The notes: generated by a model not told the origin, from the letters alone. DNA of 62,811 nt from Parcubacteria group bacterium GW2011_GWD2_42_14 (GCA_000998045.1 LCCS01000002.1:1-62811); one strand, 5' to 3'. Positions 26,988-37,102 are shown, numbered from the stretch's first letter. A program made the numbers and translations.

Positions 26988-27989
26988 TTACTTGATAAAC
27001 GTAGCAGAAAACGCTGTTTCTGTACAAGTAGCTACCTGCTCTTCAGTAAGCATACCGTGTTCTATCGCGAATAGTTGTTCTTTATGGATGTTCGTTTTGT
27101 ACATCTCTGGGCCATCGGTATTGAGCGTAAATGGTATATTTTCTCTAAGATAGGTATGAATAATCTGTTTCATTTCCTCGACATTCGTTACCTTTCGGTT
27201 TCGAAGGTTTGAGGTGATGCACGTTTCCAAAACAATATTTTGCTCTCTGATTGCTTTCATTATTTCTGTATCCTTTACACTAAGTAGCCCGTGCCCAATA
27301 CGGTCTGGCTTGATATGCTCCACCACATAGCGCAACTCATCAAGATTCCCCTCCTCACCGGTGTGTAAGGTGATACCAAGTCCCGCCTTACGCACTTCCT
27401 CGAAAATAGGCAAATGTGCTTCTATAGAAAACGACTCTCGCTGAGGTCCTGCGAGGTCTATACCAACAATACCCCTGTTTTTGTAAGCGATAGCCTTTTT
27501 TGCAATAATATAATTTTGTTCTGTGGTGAGGGTGCGGTCCATCATGAGAATAATCCCAGCCTTGACCATAGGGTACTCTAGCATTGCTTTATCCATACCA
27601 CGAAGTACTGCCATGATGATGTGGTCGAGGTCCTGTTCCCCACCCCTGTTTCGAAACATGGGATTGAGGCGAAGCTCTTGTAACACGAGGTTGCACTTTC
27701 TGTATCCTCCACCAATAACACTCTTCACTGATTCCTCAACCGCCAAAGGCGAGGACTGTATAAGCTCGGTCCAGTAGTAAAACTTTCGATGCATCTCATC
27801 AAGGCTCGTGTTGTACTCAGTGCCAGTCATAGTAATCATGTCCTCGAATTCCCAGTAATCCTTACTAGGAAGTCGTATGCCTTGGAGATGTGCAAGTGAC
27901 CAGAGAATGGGTGGATCAACCGCTGCACCAAGGTGTGTATGAAGCTCCGCTCGAAGTGCTTTTCTCATGTGTGGTAGTAAACTTACCAA
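26988..27989 (-). CDS. add: adenosine deaminase
   Basis: The product has ELHTHLGAAV, GIDLAGPQ, LHTGEEG, DRIGHG and FTLNTDGP, the metal and catalytic motifs of the adenosine deaminase family. Confidence 0.85.
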   Translation of the reverse strand: MVSLLPHMRKALRAELHTHLGAAVDPPILWSLAHLQGIRLPSKDYWEFEDMITMTGTEYNTSLDEMHRKFYYWTELIQSSPLAVEESVKSVIGGGYRKCNLVLQELRLNPMFRNRGGEQDLDHIIMAVLRGMDKAMLEYPMVKAGIILMMDRTLTTEQNYIIAKKAIAYKNRGIVGIDLAGPQRESFSIEAHLPIFEEVRKAGLGITLHTGEEGNLDELRYVVEHIKPDRIGHGLLSVKDTEIMKAIREQNIVLETCITSNLRNRKVTNVEEMKQIIHTYLRENIPFTLNTDGPEMYKTNIHKEQLFAIEHGMLTEEQVATCTETAFSATFIK

Positions 27990-28070
27990 GTTTGTTGGTG
28001 AATGTAAATGAGAATGTGGGTTACACCTTTCCTTCCCCTCTCCCGTATGAATTGTAGTGTGTGGGGCGTA

Positions 28071-28099
28071 CTTATAACTTTAAACATTTAACTTTCAAC
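28071..28099 (-). repeat. AAAGTT-type post-stop repeat
   Basis: The mRNA sense reads GTTGAAAGTTAAATGTTTAAAGTTATAAG, 4 nt after the comM stop. Confidence 0.8.
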
Positions 28100-28103
28100 T
28101 CTT

Positions 28104-29630
28104 CTAGTCAAACAGTCCTTTTGGTCGGTATGTTAGCGCCTCAAGAATGTGTGCATCGTGAATCTTTTCTGAGGCTTCAATGTCAGCGATAGTTCGTGCT
28201 AACTTGATAGTTCTGTGGTAGCTACGTGGAGAAAGTTTGAGGGTTTTTGCCGCTTGTTCAAGAATATTCTCAGCGGTATCTTCAAGTTGTGCCTGTGTAT
28301 CAATGTCACGTACGGACATGTCTGCATTAGTGGTCGTTGTTGTACTAAATCGCTTTTGCTGACGCGCACGCGCCTCAGCAACTTTTTGTCGTACTGATGC
28401 CGACTCGCGTATTTGTTTTCCCTTTCGTGAGCGGAGTTCCTCATGGTCGAGATGTGCTACCTCTATCCACATATCAATACGGTCAATGACTGGACCAGAG
28501 ATTTTTTTCTTGAGTCGTTCTTTATCGAGCTCATTGATACGTACTTCTCCACGTTCTCGCGTTGGATTCAGAGCTGCAATCAAAATAAAATTTGCTGGGA
28601 AGGCTACTGAACCTTTAGCTCTCGATACTGAAACCATTTTGTCTTCCAGGGGTTCGCGGAGTGCATCCACCACGCGACGCTCAAACTCAGGGAACTCATC
28701 GAGGAACAGTACGCCACGATGGGCAAGGGTGACCTCTCCTGGACGAGGAATAGAACCACCTCCAACAATTGCAACATGGGAGGATGTGTGATGCGGAGAG
28801 CGAAATGGTGGCGTGGTGATGACGGCACCATCTTTCAAGGTACCACTTACGGAATGAATAGCGGTTGTTTCAAGTGATTCTTCAAAGGAAAGAGGCGGGA
28901 GAATGCCACGGAGTGCTCTTGCGAGCATAGTCTTGCCGGTACCTGGTGGCCCATAGAGGACGATGTTATGTCTACCTGCTGCTGCGATGAGCAGTCCTCG
29001 TTTTGCTGTTTCTTGACCTCGAATATCACCAAAGTCTGTAAAATTTTCATCAACCACCTCCTCTGGAGTAGTCTGTTGTTGCGGGGTAAGGCGCTTTCTT
29101 TCTCCTTGCGATACTTCATTGAAATGACGAGTCACTTGTATAAGCGAGGATGCGGGTAGCACGGTGACACCTTCAACAAGTGCAGCTTCCGCAGCATTTT
29201 CTCGCGGGACCACAACAGTATGAAAACCGTTTTTTTTAGCATAAAGAACAAGCGAAAGGGTGCCGTGTATAGGACGAAGATCACCCTGAAGAGATAATTC
29301 ACCAAGAAACAAAATATGTTTTGTATCAAAAGCAATGTCACCGGACGCCAAAAGGTATGCGAGTGCTATTGCAAGGTCAAAACGTGTACCCTCTTTTTTC
29401 AGGTCAGCAGGGGCCAAGGAAACAAGAACTCGTTTATTGCTGTGCTTGGGAGAGTCAAAACCTGAATTTTTTATAGAAATTGCAACACGTTCCCTCGACT
29501 CATCAACGGCCTTATCGGGTAATCCGACGATAGAAAAAGAATGCAGACCTTTTGAGAGGTCTGCTTCTACTGTTACAAGTGAGGCATCGAGATAAACTGG
29601 TTGGGCGCTATATACTCGAGCAAAACTCAT
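28104..29630 (-). CDS. comM: Mg-chelatase-like AAA+ protein of the YifB/ComM family
   Basis: An N-terminal Lon-like domain is followed by LYGPPGTGKTMLARAL, LFLDEFPEF and a C-terminal RSYHRTIKLARTIADIE segment. Confidence 0.9.
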   Translation of the reverse strand: MSFARVYSAQPVYLDASLVTVEADLSKGLHSFSIVGLPDKAVDESRERVAISIKNSGFDSPKHSNKRVLVSLAPADLKKEGTRFDLAIALAYLLASGDIAFDTKHILFLGELSLQGDLRPIHGTLSLVLYAKKNGFHTVVVPRENAAEAALVEGVTVLPASSLIQVTRHFNEVSQGERKRLTPQQQTTPEEVVDENFTDFGDIRGQETAKRGLLIAAAGRHNIVLYGPPGTGKTMLARALRGILPPLSFEESLETTAIHSVSGTLKDGAVITTPPFRSPHHTSSHVAIVGGGSIPRPGEVTLAHRGVLFLDEFPEFERRVVDALREPLEDKMVSVSRAKGSVAFPANFILIAALNPTRERGEVRINELDKERLKKKISGPVIDRIDMWIEVAHLDHEELRSRKGKQIRESASVRQKVAEARARQQKRFSTTTTTNADMSVRDIDTQAQLEDTAENILEQAAKTLKLSPRSYHRTIKLARTIADIEASEKIHDAHILEALTYRPKGLFD

Positions 29631-29642
29631 GCATAGATTTGG

Positions 29643-30011
29643 TTATACTTGTTCTTGTTCAACATGCTCCATGCATGTCCGTGCAGAAGGGTTAGCCTGA
29701 AGGCGATCTTCTTCAATAGGTTTACCATCGATCTCACACATGCCATAGGTACCATCTTTTAATTTTCTTAAAGCACGCACAACATTGTTGTATCGTACCG
29801 TAAGTTCATTGAGAATTATTGAATCAATCTGAATCTCTTCGCTACGGTCAGCGACTTCATTTTCATCAGCACCCATTATGTCCATTTCCGGATTTTTAAC
29901 ATCCCAACTTGAGGGGTCCTCTATATTTTGGATGCCTAGTTTTGACAATTCTTTTCCTAAATTTTCAAACTCTGTATCAAGAGCCTTTTTATATTTTGTA
30001 TAATCATTCAT
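29643..30011 (-). CDS. DksA/TraR-family protein with a degenerate zinc finger
   Basis: A coiled-coil N-terminus is followed by LRKLKDGTYGMCEIDGKPIEEDRLQANPSARTCMEH. Only two of the usual four Cys residues are present. Confidence 0.55.
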   Translation of the reverse strand: MNDYTKYKKALDTEFENLGKELSKLGIQNIEDPSSWDVKNPEMDIMGADENEVADRSEEIQIDSIILNELTVRYNNVVRALRKLKDGTYGMCEIDGKPIEEDRLQANPSARTCMEHVEQEQV

Positions 30012-30071
30012 GTTCTAAAGTGTACTAGTCTCCATGTGTGTGGGCAAGCCCCTCCAAACAGTAAAGCCGTA

Positions 30072-32480
30072 CTAGAAAGGACGCGCATCCATACGTTCTA
30101 AGAGTGTGCGCATGGTAGTTTCATTATTGGTAATGATAAGAGTCGTCTCATCAGGTATAGCCCATATGAGTACTACATCCCCTGAGGTGTTTCTAATACC
30201 ACGTGTTTGCGTGTTGGCAATAACAATATCCTCAAAGAGTTCAGGTGGTAATCTAGTCGGCACTACTGAAGCTGTGCCAGTGGCGTTTGAGGTGGTAGCA
30301 ACACTTTGCCTAATTTTTACGGGAGTTCCAAACAAAGGAGCAAGGTCATCTTGTATTGTACTTTCCCATTCAAACATACTTTTAAACGTAATGTCGTAGT
30401 GTGTCGCTGTAAAAATAAAGAAAGGTTCATTTTTAGTAAGTTCGTGAATACCAAACATCATGGTGTCAGCTAGGTTGCGCACTAGACTTCCTGGAGCATG
30501 CGACTCTATTTTTAGCAAAAAGAGTGATGTGGAGACAAATGATTTTTTCTCAGTTGTATCGTCCACATTTTTACGTTCAGTTAGTTGTATTTGTGTAATT
30601 GAACCGAGGCTTGTGTGCAATGAATCACGCAACTTTACCAGTCCAGTCAGTATCTGGTCTCTTGACTGGGAGGTTAAGTCATATGAAATTGTTTCATTAA
30701 TAGGAATTCTTTCAAGATCAGTGCCAGTATCAGAGTTGGTCATGAGACGGAAAAAGAGAAATGCACCAATAGCGATCGCCGCTATCACAAGTATCATACT
30801 GGCACCAATAAAGACATATGACCATGAGGATTCAGCTGGATGTGGTGCTCGCCGAATTGTTTCACTGTTACTGCGGCGCTTCTCTTCGGCGGAAATCATG
30901 TCTACAACAGAGGTGCGATTTCGAGTCACGGCTTGCTCAACATCTTGACGAAAAGTACGTATCATAGGGATGGATGACTCAACCGGTTTAAATGTAGGTT
31001 TTGGGGTATCTTTCTCCAGCGCGCCAGGGATTACTTTCTGCGTTGCTTCAGGTACAGGAGGTGTTTCAATAGGTACTGCCTTTTTTTCCTCCATTATTGG
31101 TGCTTCAGTTTTTGGATTGCCAATGTCATGGAGACGTTCAGCAACTTCAGCAAGTACCTGCGCGTGTTTTGATGAAGGACGAGGGCGATTTTGGGTGTTA
31201 GGAGCACTAGAAGAATCAAGTACATTTTTGCTACTTAACTCCTGAGGGTGTGGGTTGTTTGTTGCTTGAGATACCTCTTCTTTTTGAGCACGTTCGCGTA
31301 GTGCAGACAGATTAGAAAGACCGTCTGACTTCTTTGGTCCCTCAAGAGGAGATGTTTCTATTGATTGTAATTTCGATAGAGGATTTGTTTCCGATTGTTG
31401 TAGTTTTGTATTTTGCGAACCAGATTCATTTTTTATCTTTGCACTCGGTTCTTCTTTCATTGCGTCATTATTTTCTGTATTTTTTACACTTTCAGGTGCG
31501 TCCGAAACCAGTTGCTTTTGAGGGAGTGTTGATTGAGAAGTTTTATTTTGTGCTATAAATTCCTTTTTTGTTTCAACTTCCCTTATTTCAACTACCGGTG
31601 GTTTGGGAATGATTGGTTTAGGTTTGTATGGCACTCTTGGCTTTGCAGCATCGAGTTCCCAAATGTCGAGTGGTTCAGGAACTGGAATTCTCGGTATTAT
31701 TTCTTGATGTATAGGTTCCTCCTCTACAATTCCCGCTTTCTCAGTAGGCTGTGTGTTTTCTTGTTGCTCGGCCTGTGTTTCTTCTGAAGCAAGATTTTCC
31801 TCTACTAAGGAGTAGAGGTTCGCCAAATCATCCACCTCTTCAACTAATGCCTCCTCCTCTAAATCTACAGTAGGTGTTTCCATTGGAACTGAACTTTGTT
31901 CAGGGTTTGGAAATTCTTTTTTTAAAATACCTTCATCAATTGCATGCACGTTTGCGTCCAATATTTTGATTACTTCTGACTCCTGAGGACTCTCAAGTGT
32001 AGGTGCTTGTACTTTTATTGTTTCAGTTGTTATTTTTTTTTCTTGAGTTTTTGGTAGCTCTGGTGAAACTGCAATCTTTTTCACCATAACCGTATCAGGT
32101 TTTGGTATTTCTGTTGCAACAACAGATTTTTTCTGAGTTGTATCAAGAGTTTTTGATACGGGAGGTGAAGTCTTTGCGATCGCTATTGTTTCTTGTGAGG
32201 CTACAGGGGGTTGAATCTCCTTTTCTTTTTTTTGATTTGGAGCCGAAAGAGCATCTTTTTTTTCAGAAGCTTCTAATACAATGGGTTGCTGGCCTTTGGG
32301 GATAATTACGGCAGCAAGAATGTCTTCTTCTGTAACTGAGGTTGGTACAGAAGGATTTGGTTTTTGTGTTGTAGGAGTTGTGTCAGAAACATCCTTTCCT
32401 TCCTCTTGTCCTTCAGAATCGCTTAAAACATCTTTGAGACGCAAGATAGGTACTCTGTACGATTTTGGATCGTTATCCAT
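30072..32480 (-). CDS. large membrane protein: a roughly 540-aa Pro/Glu/Lys/Thr-rich low-complexity region, one transmembrane helix and a roughly 240-aa C-terminal domain
   Basis: The 802-aa ORF has a transmembrane helix WSYVFIGASMILVIAAIAIGAFLFF. I recognise no domain. Confidence 0.55.
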   Translation of the reverse strand: MDNDPKSYRVPILRLKDVLSDSEGQEEGKDVSDTTPTTQKPNPSVPTSVTEEDILAAVIIPKGQQPIVLEASEKKDALSAPNQKKEKEIQPPVASQETIAIAKTSPPVSKTLDTTQKKSVVATEIPKPDTVMVKKIAVSPELPKTQEKKITTETIKVQAPTLESPQESEVIKILDANVHAIDEGILKKEFPNPEQSSVPMETPTVDLEEEALVEEVDDLANLYSLVEENLASEETQAEQQENTQPTEKAGIVEEEPIHQEIIPRIPVPEPLDIWELDAAKPRVPYKPKPIIPKPPVVEIREVETKKEFIAQNKTSQSTLPQKQLVSDAPESVKNTENNDAMKEEPSAKIKNESGSQNTKLQQSETNPLSKLQSIETSPLEGPKKSDGLSNLSALRERAQKEEVSQATNNPHPQELSSKNVLDSSSAPNTQNRPRPSSKHAQVLAEVAERLHDIGNPKTEAPIMEEKKAVPIETPPVPEATQKVIPGALEKDTPKPTFKPVESSIPMIRTFRQDVEQAVTRNRTSVVDMISAEEKRRSNSETIRRAPHPAESSWSYVFIGASMILVIAAIAIGAFLFFRLMTNSDTGTDLERIPINETISYDLTSQSRDQILTGLVKLRDSLHTSLGSITQIQLTERKNVDDTTEKKSFVSTSLFLLKIESHAPGSLVRNLADTMMFGIHELTKNEPFFIFTATHYDITFKSMFEWESTIQDDLAPLFGTPVKIRQSVATTSNATGTASVVPTRLPPELFEDIVIANTQTRGIRNTSGDVVLIWAIPDETTLIITNNETTMRTLLERMDARPF

Positions 32481-32564
32481 ATAGTAGATATTGTACTATG
32501 TTCTGACCCTATAAAACCAATTCTAAAAAATAACCTACTTTGGGTGGAGCAGGTTATTCATAAT

Positions 32565-34712
32565 TTATGGACGCGGGTTGTTGTTCCTACTTTGTGTTGT
32601 TGGCTGTATTCCTTTTCGTTCTGCAAATTGTGGGTCAGCAGCTTTGATAGAAAGATTGATTCTTCCCTTTTCATCTACTTCTTTCACCGCTACTTTTACA
32701 ATGTCACCTTCTTTGAGAACATCGCGAATTTTTTCAATACGGAACGGAGCAATTTCTGACACATGTACCATACCCTCAGCAGTTGCGCCTATTTTCACAA
32801 AAGCACCAAAGTCGAGTATGCGCGTCACTTCGCCTTCATACACTTCTCCTGGGAGGTATACATGCACAAGGGCTTCAATAAGCGCGAGTGCTTTCTCAGC
32901 ACTGCCGTTTTTTCCTGTGATAAATATAGTACCGTCGTCTTCTATGGTGATATCCTCAACACCCGAAGCATCTCTGATACTGTTTATGGTCTTTCCTCCA
33001 CCACCAATAACAAGACCGATTTGATCTACTTTTACTTTGAAGGTCAAAATTTTTGGTGCTCGAGGTGAAATATCACTTCGTGGTTCCTTAATTTCCGCCT
33101 CAAGTACATCAAGTATTTGCATGCGAGCCTTCCGTGCTCCCTCAAGAGCTTCAACAAGTATAGGAACTGGTATACCTCCCGCCTTGATATCCATTTGTAT
33201 GGCGGTAACTCCTTCCCTTGTACCTGCGACCTTGAAATCCATGTGTCCATGATGATCCTCAGGTCCTTGGATGTCTGTGAGCACCTTGTGCTTACCTTCG
33301 TAGAGCATGAGCCCCATAGCAATACCTGCGACTGGCCGTTTGATAGGAACTCCCCCATCCATAAGTGCAAGTGTAGAAGCACAAATAGCACCTTGGGATG
33401 TAGAACCATTGCTTGCCATACACTCACTCACGAGTCGTATGGTGTACGGAAAGACATCCTTGCTTGGAAGGACCGCCTCAAGTGCCTTTTCTGCAAGTGC
33501 ACCATGCCCGATAGCCCTCCTATTGAATCCCCCTATTCGCCCTGCTTCACCCACTGAGTATGGTGGGAAGTTGTAGTGGTGCATAAAGCGCTTTTGAGAG
33601 TCTGGCTTTTCTATTGAATCAACTATCAAGCTGTCTCCTGGTCCACCCAAGGTAAGTGCAGTAAGTACGTGGGTGCCACCTCGATAAAAAATACCCGTAC
33701 CGTGTATAAGTTCGCTTACACCACCAGCTTGCGCGTAAAGGTTGCGAAGTTCATCCATTTTTCTTCCATCACCTCGCTTATCCTCAAGCACTGCACCTTT
33801 CTGCATCACCTCATCAAGATGTTCCTCAAAGATATCTCCAGCAAGCTTCTTGTGTTCCTCAGGAAAATTTTCAACAAAGAGCGCTAACCACTCGTTCTTG
33901 AGGATGTTGATGCTCTTATACCCTGCTTCATTTGAAAATACATAAGCTGGCAATTTAGAGACTATCTCTTTTTTGAAGAGTGTTTCAATGTCTGGGTTAA
34001 CATCTTTTTTGCTTAGTTTCTGCTTTTGAACACCGATTGACGCGATAATTTCATTTTGCCACGCTTCAATTTCGTTGTTAATAGTAACAGCACGATCAAA
34101 AGCTTCAGCAAGAGCTTCTTCTTTTGCTTCGAAGGCACCTGTTTCTATCATATTTATTGTTCCCTCTTTTCCGCACGCCAGAAGGTCAAAGTGATAGTCG
34201 GCATGAGCGCGTTCTGTATAGGTAGGATTGATAATCAATTCACCGTTGCACTTGCCAATACGGGTCGCGCTTACGGGCCCATTCCATGGTATGTCAGAAA
34301 CAGAGAGTGCAAGGGATGTAGCAATGACACCCATTACGTCAGGGTCTTCCTCGTCGATTGCAAGAACTGTCGCAACTATCTGCACAGCGTTTCTTGATGA
34401 TTGATCAAAGAGTGGTCGAATGGTGCGGTCAATCACCCTTCCTGAAAGTACGGCTTCGTCGGTAGGTTTGCCCTCACGGCGCATGAACCGAGAGCCGAGT
34501 ATTTTTCCTGCAGCGTAATTTTTCTCTTCGTAATCTACCGTGAGCGGGAAGTAATCAATGTCGTCCCTCTCTGTACCCATAACAGCTGTTGCAAATACAA
34601 CACTTTTGCCGTAGTGCAGTAAGACTGAGCCGTTAGCTTGTTCTGCGAGATTACTAAACTCGGCGGTCATTGTTTTTCCGCCGACCATTGTCGAAAACGT
34701 CTTTTTTTCCAT
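32565..34712 (-). CDS. pnp: polyribonucleotide nucleotidyltransferase (PNPase)
   Basis: Two RNase PH domains are followed by a KH domain (GLVIGGGGKTINSIRD) and an S1 domain (GEVYEGEVTRILDFGAFVKI). ATG 34712 (MEKKTFST) is the likely start. Confidence 0.95.
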   Translation of the reverse strand: MEKKTFSTMVGGKTMTAEFSNLAEQANGSVLLHYGKSVVFATAVMGTERDDIDYFPLTVDYEEKNYAAGKILGSRFMRREGKPTDEAVLSGRVIDRTIRPLFDQSSRNAVQIVATVLAIDEEDPDVMGVIATSLALSVSDIPWNGPVSATRIGKCNGELIINPTYTERAHADYHFDLLACGKEGTINMIETGAFEAKEEALAEAFDRAVTINNEIEAWQNEIIASIGVQKQKLSKKDVNPDIETLFKKEIVSKLPAYVFSNEAGYKSINILKNEWLALFVENFPEEHKKLAGDIFEEHLDEVMQKGAVLEDKRGDGRKMDELRNLYAQAGGVSELIHGTGIFYRGGTHVLTALTLGGPGDSLIVDSIEKPDSQKRFMHHYNFPPYSVGEAGRIGGFNRRAIGHGALAEKALEAVLPSKDVFPYTIRLVSECMASNGSTSQGAICASTLALMDGGVPIKRPVAGIAMGLMLYEGKHKVLTDIQGPEDHHGHMDFKVAGTREGVTAIQMDIKAGGIPVPILVEALEGARKARMQILDVLEAEIKEPRSDISPRAPKILTFKVKVDQIGLVIGGGGKTINSIRDASGVEDITIEDDGTIFITGKNGSAEKALALIEALVHVYLPGEVYEGEVTRILDFGAFVKIGATAEGMVHVSEIAPFRIEKIRDVLKEGDIVKVAVKEVDEKGRINLSIKAADPQFAERKGIQPTTQSRNNNPRP

Positions 34713-34853
34713 AGTGTAATGTAAGTTCGGAATCGAATTGAAGACCTGAAACGGCAATATTCGCCATACTCCAGCTCTTTATTCGCTCCCGAACAGTTAA
34801 TGAATATGCTTGGACTATACCAAACACTGCGGTTTTTAGCAAAAAACCGGCAA

Positions 34854-34885
34854 GTTTAAAGTTAAATGTTGAAAGTTTAAAGTTC
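34854..34885 (+). repeat. AAAGTT-type repeat lying antisense to the local mRNAs
   Basis: GTTTAAAGTTAAATGTTGAAAGTTTAAAGTTC forms an inverted pair with 34928-34949 around the palindrome at 34885-34908. Confidence 0.8.
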
Positions 34886-34908
34886 ACAAGTCGCGTACGC
34901 GACTTGTG
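34885..34908. terminator. perfect 24-nt palindrome or terminator hairpin
   Basis: The sequence is CACAAGTCGCGTACGCGACTTGTG. The terminator at 61785-61819 has the same CACAAG...CTTGTG outer stem. Confidence 0.6.
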
Positions 34909-34927
34909 GGTTCGTCAAAGGCGAGTG

Positions 34928-34949
34928 CTTTTAACTTTTGACTTTCAAC
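34928..34949 (-). repeat. AAAGTT-type post-stop repeat
   Basis: The mRNA sense reads GTTGAAAGTCAAAAGTTAAAAG, 4 nt after the stop of the NYN gene. Confidence 0.8.
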
Positions 34950-34953
34950 TCCT

Positions 34954-35529
34954 CTAGGCTAACCGTTTGGCACTTCCCCAATTTCCTTTCGATTCACCAT
35001 TTGATTTTCCGTGTGAGCCACCACTTTTTATAGTGTAGCGCTTGATGTTGTCATCCATATCGACGAAGTCATCAACCGCTTCTTTAAGTCGACTTGAACT
35101 CGATCGCCCAAATGAAATAACTTCTACCTGGCAACCACTAGTCGTTTTCAAGTACTCAACAGCAGGGACAAAGTCACCATCCCCTGTTGCCAGTACGACT
35201 GCATCAAGCTTTGGACCCATTTTTATGGCGTCAATAGCCATTCCGACGTCCCAGTCTGCCTTTTTCGCACCACCAGCAAACACTTGAAGATCTTTCGTCT
35301 TTGCTTCAATGCCTATCTTTGAAAGAGCCTCAAAAAAGCCTTGTTCCTCACCACTTTCTGTGGTTACGACGTATGCGATAGCTCGGACTAAGATTCGATC
35401 AGCAACTGCATCTTTTAAAACATTAACGAAGTTTACTTTTGAATGGTACAAGTTTTTTGCACTATGGTATAGGTTTTGCGTATCAATAAATACAGCGACG
35501 CGTTGCGCTTTGTGTTTTACAACTGACAT
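34954..35529 (-). CDS. NYN/LabA-like domain protein (putative RNase)
   Basis: The product has VAVFIDTQNLYHSAKNLY, DWDVGMAIDAI and VVLATGDGDFVPAVEYLK. Confidence 0.8.
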   Translation of the reverse strand: MSVVKHKAQRVAVFIDTQNLYHSAKNLYHSKVNFVNVLKDAVADRILVRAIAYVVTTESGEEQGFFEALSKIGIEAKTKDLQVFAGGAKKADWDVGMAIDAIKMGPKLDAVVLATGDGDFVPAVEYLKTTSGCQVEVISFGRSSSSRLKEAVDDFVDMDDNIKRYTIKSGGSHGKSNGESKGNWGSAKRLA

Positions 35530-35678
35530 ATAATAGATATTAAAATTATAAACTTTTTCCTTGAGAAAATTTTCTCAAATGTATAAAAATGCCTTACCTC
35601 TTCAGTATACTTAGGTGTATACACAAATCAAAGAAAAGACATTCGAGTCTTATAGGTGCCCTACTATAAATATGGCCA

Positions 35679-35945
35679 CTATTTCTTAAGATCAAGTTTC
35701 TTAAGAAGTGCGTTATAAGAACGCTTGTTTTTTTTCTCCAAATATTTAAGGTGAGCGCGACGATCAGCAACCATTCCAAGTAGTCCACGACGTGAATGAA
35801 GGTCCTTAGGTTGCTTCTTTAAATGTGTAGCAAGCTCCTCAATTTTTCGAGTCAGTAGACTTACCTGTACTTCAGGTGAACCAGTGTCCGTATCATGTCG
35901 GGCTGTATTCTTTATAGCGTTCTGCTTCTTTCGGTGTGTTAACAT
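35679..35945 (-). CDS. rpsO: 30S ribosomal protein S15
   Basis: The product reads MLTHRKK...TGSPEVQVSLLTRKIEELATHLKKQPKDLHSRRGLLGMVADRRAHLKYL. Confidence 0.92.
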   Translation of the reverse strand: MLTHRKKQNAIKNTARHDTDTGSPEVQVSLLTRKIEELATHLKKQPKDLHSRRGLLGMVADRRAHLKYLEKKNKRSYNALLKKLDLKK

Positions 35946-36051
35946 ATATATATACTCTAGCACATGTTAAGAGATATTGCAAGTTTTTTCGTAGTGATTT
36001 CTCAATGTATTAATTGATACTTCCACAACTTAACTTGGTGAATGAGTTGAT

Positions 36052-36109
36052 AAAAAAAGCGACTTCCAGGGAAGTCGCTTGAAGGTACTGTGTCGAATAA
36101 ATCGACTAC
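36052..36109 (-). ncRNA. candidate small RNA of about 58 nt with its own promoter and terminator, upstream of rpsO
   Basis: On the minus strand, TTGACT (36143-36138) is separated by 16 nt from TATACT (36121-36116). Downstream lie the hairpin GTCGATTTATTCGAC and the stem GCGACTTCC/GGAAGTCGC, followed by a run of 7 U. Confidence 0.35.
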
Positions 36110-36262
36110 ACTAGTAGTATACCTGAAAGGAAAAATGAGTCAACAAAAAAGCTATTGACTCACTGTTTCGTATAGTTTGTTTCAGGAAAGTTATATAAAA
36201 GCCCATTTTTTTCTTAATCTGTGGCTATTTTCCGTTCGTACAAATTGTGCGACACTATTGGT

Positions 36263-37102
36263 ATGCCAAAAACAGAACTTGAGTCCCTGAAAGATGCGTA
36301 TCTATCATCTATTGCGACTGAGCAAGGAAAAAGCAAAAAAACAGTAGAAAACTATACTCGTTATTTAGATAGATTCTTCTCGAATACTCAAGTAATACAC
36401 CCTAAAGACATCACGATTCCAATTGTGGAGAAATATCGTACTGGACTTACGGTGTTGAAAACCAATACTCAAAACTATCATCTCACAGCGCTTAGGAGAT
36501 TACTTGATTATTTGAAGAAACATCAGGTTTCGTCCCTTGAACCTGAAATGATAAAGCTTACCCCGAGTACCACTTTCTCAGTACAGAGCATGTCTCCACA
36601 CGACGTGAGGAGTTTGTTGCAAGCATCTCAAGGTAAGGATGTAAAGAGCCTACGAGATCGTGCAATCCTACTTTTGTTTTTCAGAACAGGTATGCGAGTA
36701 TCCGAACTGTGCGCGTTAGATGTTGATAGTTTTTCTGATAATAGACTTGTGAAGTATGGAACAGGAGTACGTGCGCGCAGTGTTTTGCTACCGACAGAAG
36801 CAAGAGATGCTTTATGTGCGTACCTTGATGTGAGGAGTGACCCCCATAAAGCATTGTTTGTAAACAATGGGAAGCGGTTTTCATCGGAGGGCGACACTCG
36901 GTTGAGTGTTCGTCAGGTAGAGAGGATTATCAAACAATGCGCTCTACAAGTGGGAATTGTGTCAGTAGTGACACCACAGAGATTGCGTTCTTTATATGCA
37001 CAGGATTTGCTCAAAAACGGCGCAGATGTTGGGTCTGTACAAGAATTACTTGGTCACCAGCATGTTGCATCTACAAAAGTGTACTACAAAAATAATAAAT
37101 AG
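36263..37102 (+). CDS. tyrosine recombinase of the XerC/XerD family
   Basis: The product has RDRAILLLFFRTGMRVSELCALDV and LRSLYAQDLLKNGADVGSVQELLGHQHVASTKVY, matching the R..H-R-Y catalytic pattern. Confidence 0.8.
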   Translation: MPKTELESLKDAYLSSIATEQGKSKKTVENYTRYLDRFFSNTQVIHPKDITIPIVEKYRTGLTVLKTNTQNYHLTALRRLLDYLKKHQVSSLEPEMIKLTPSTTFSVQSMSPHDVRSLLQASQGKDVKSLRDRAILLLFFRTGMRVSELCALDVDSFSDNRLVKYGTGVRARSVLLPTEARDALCAYLDVRSDPHKALFVNNGKRFSSEGDTRLSVRQVERIIKQCALQVGIVSVVTPQRLRSLYAQDLLKNGADVGSVQELLGHQHVASTKVYYKNNK

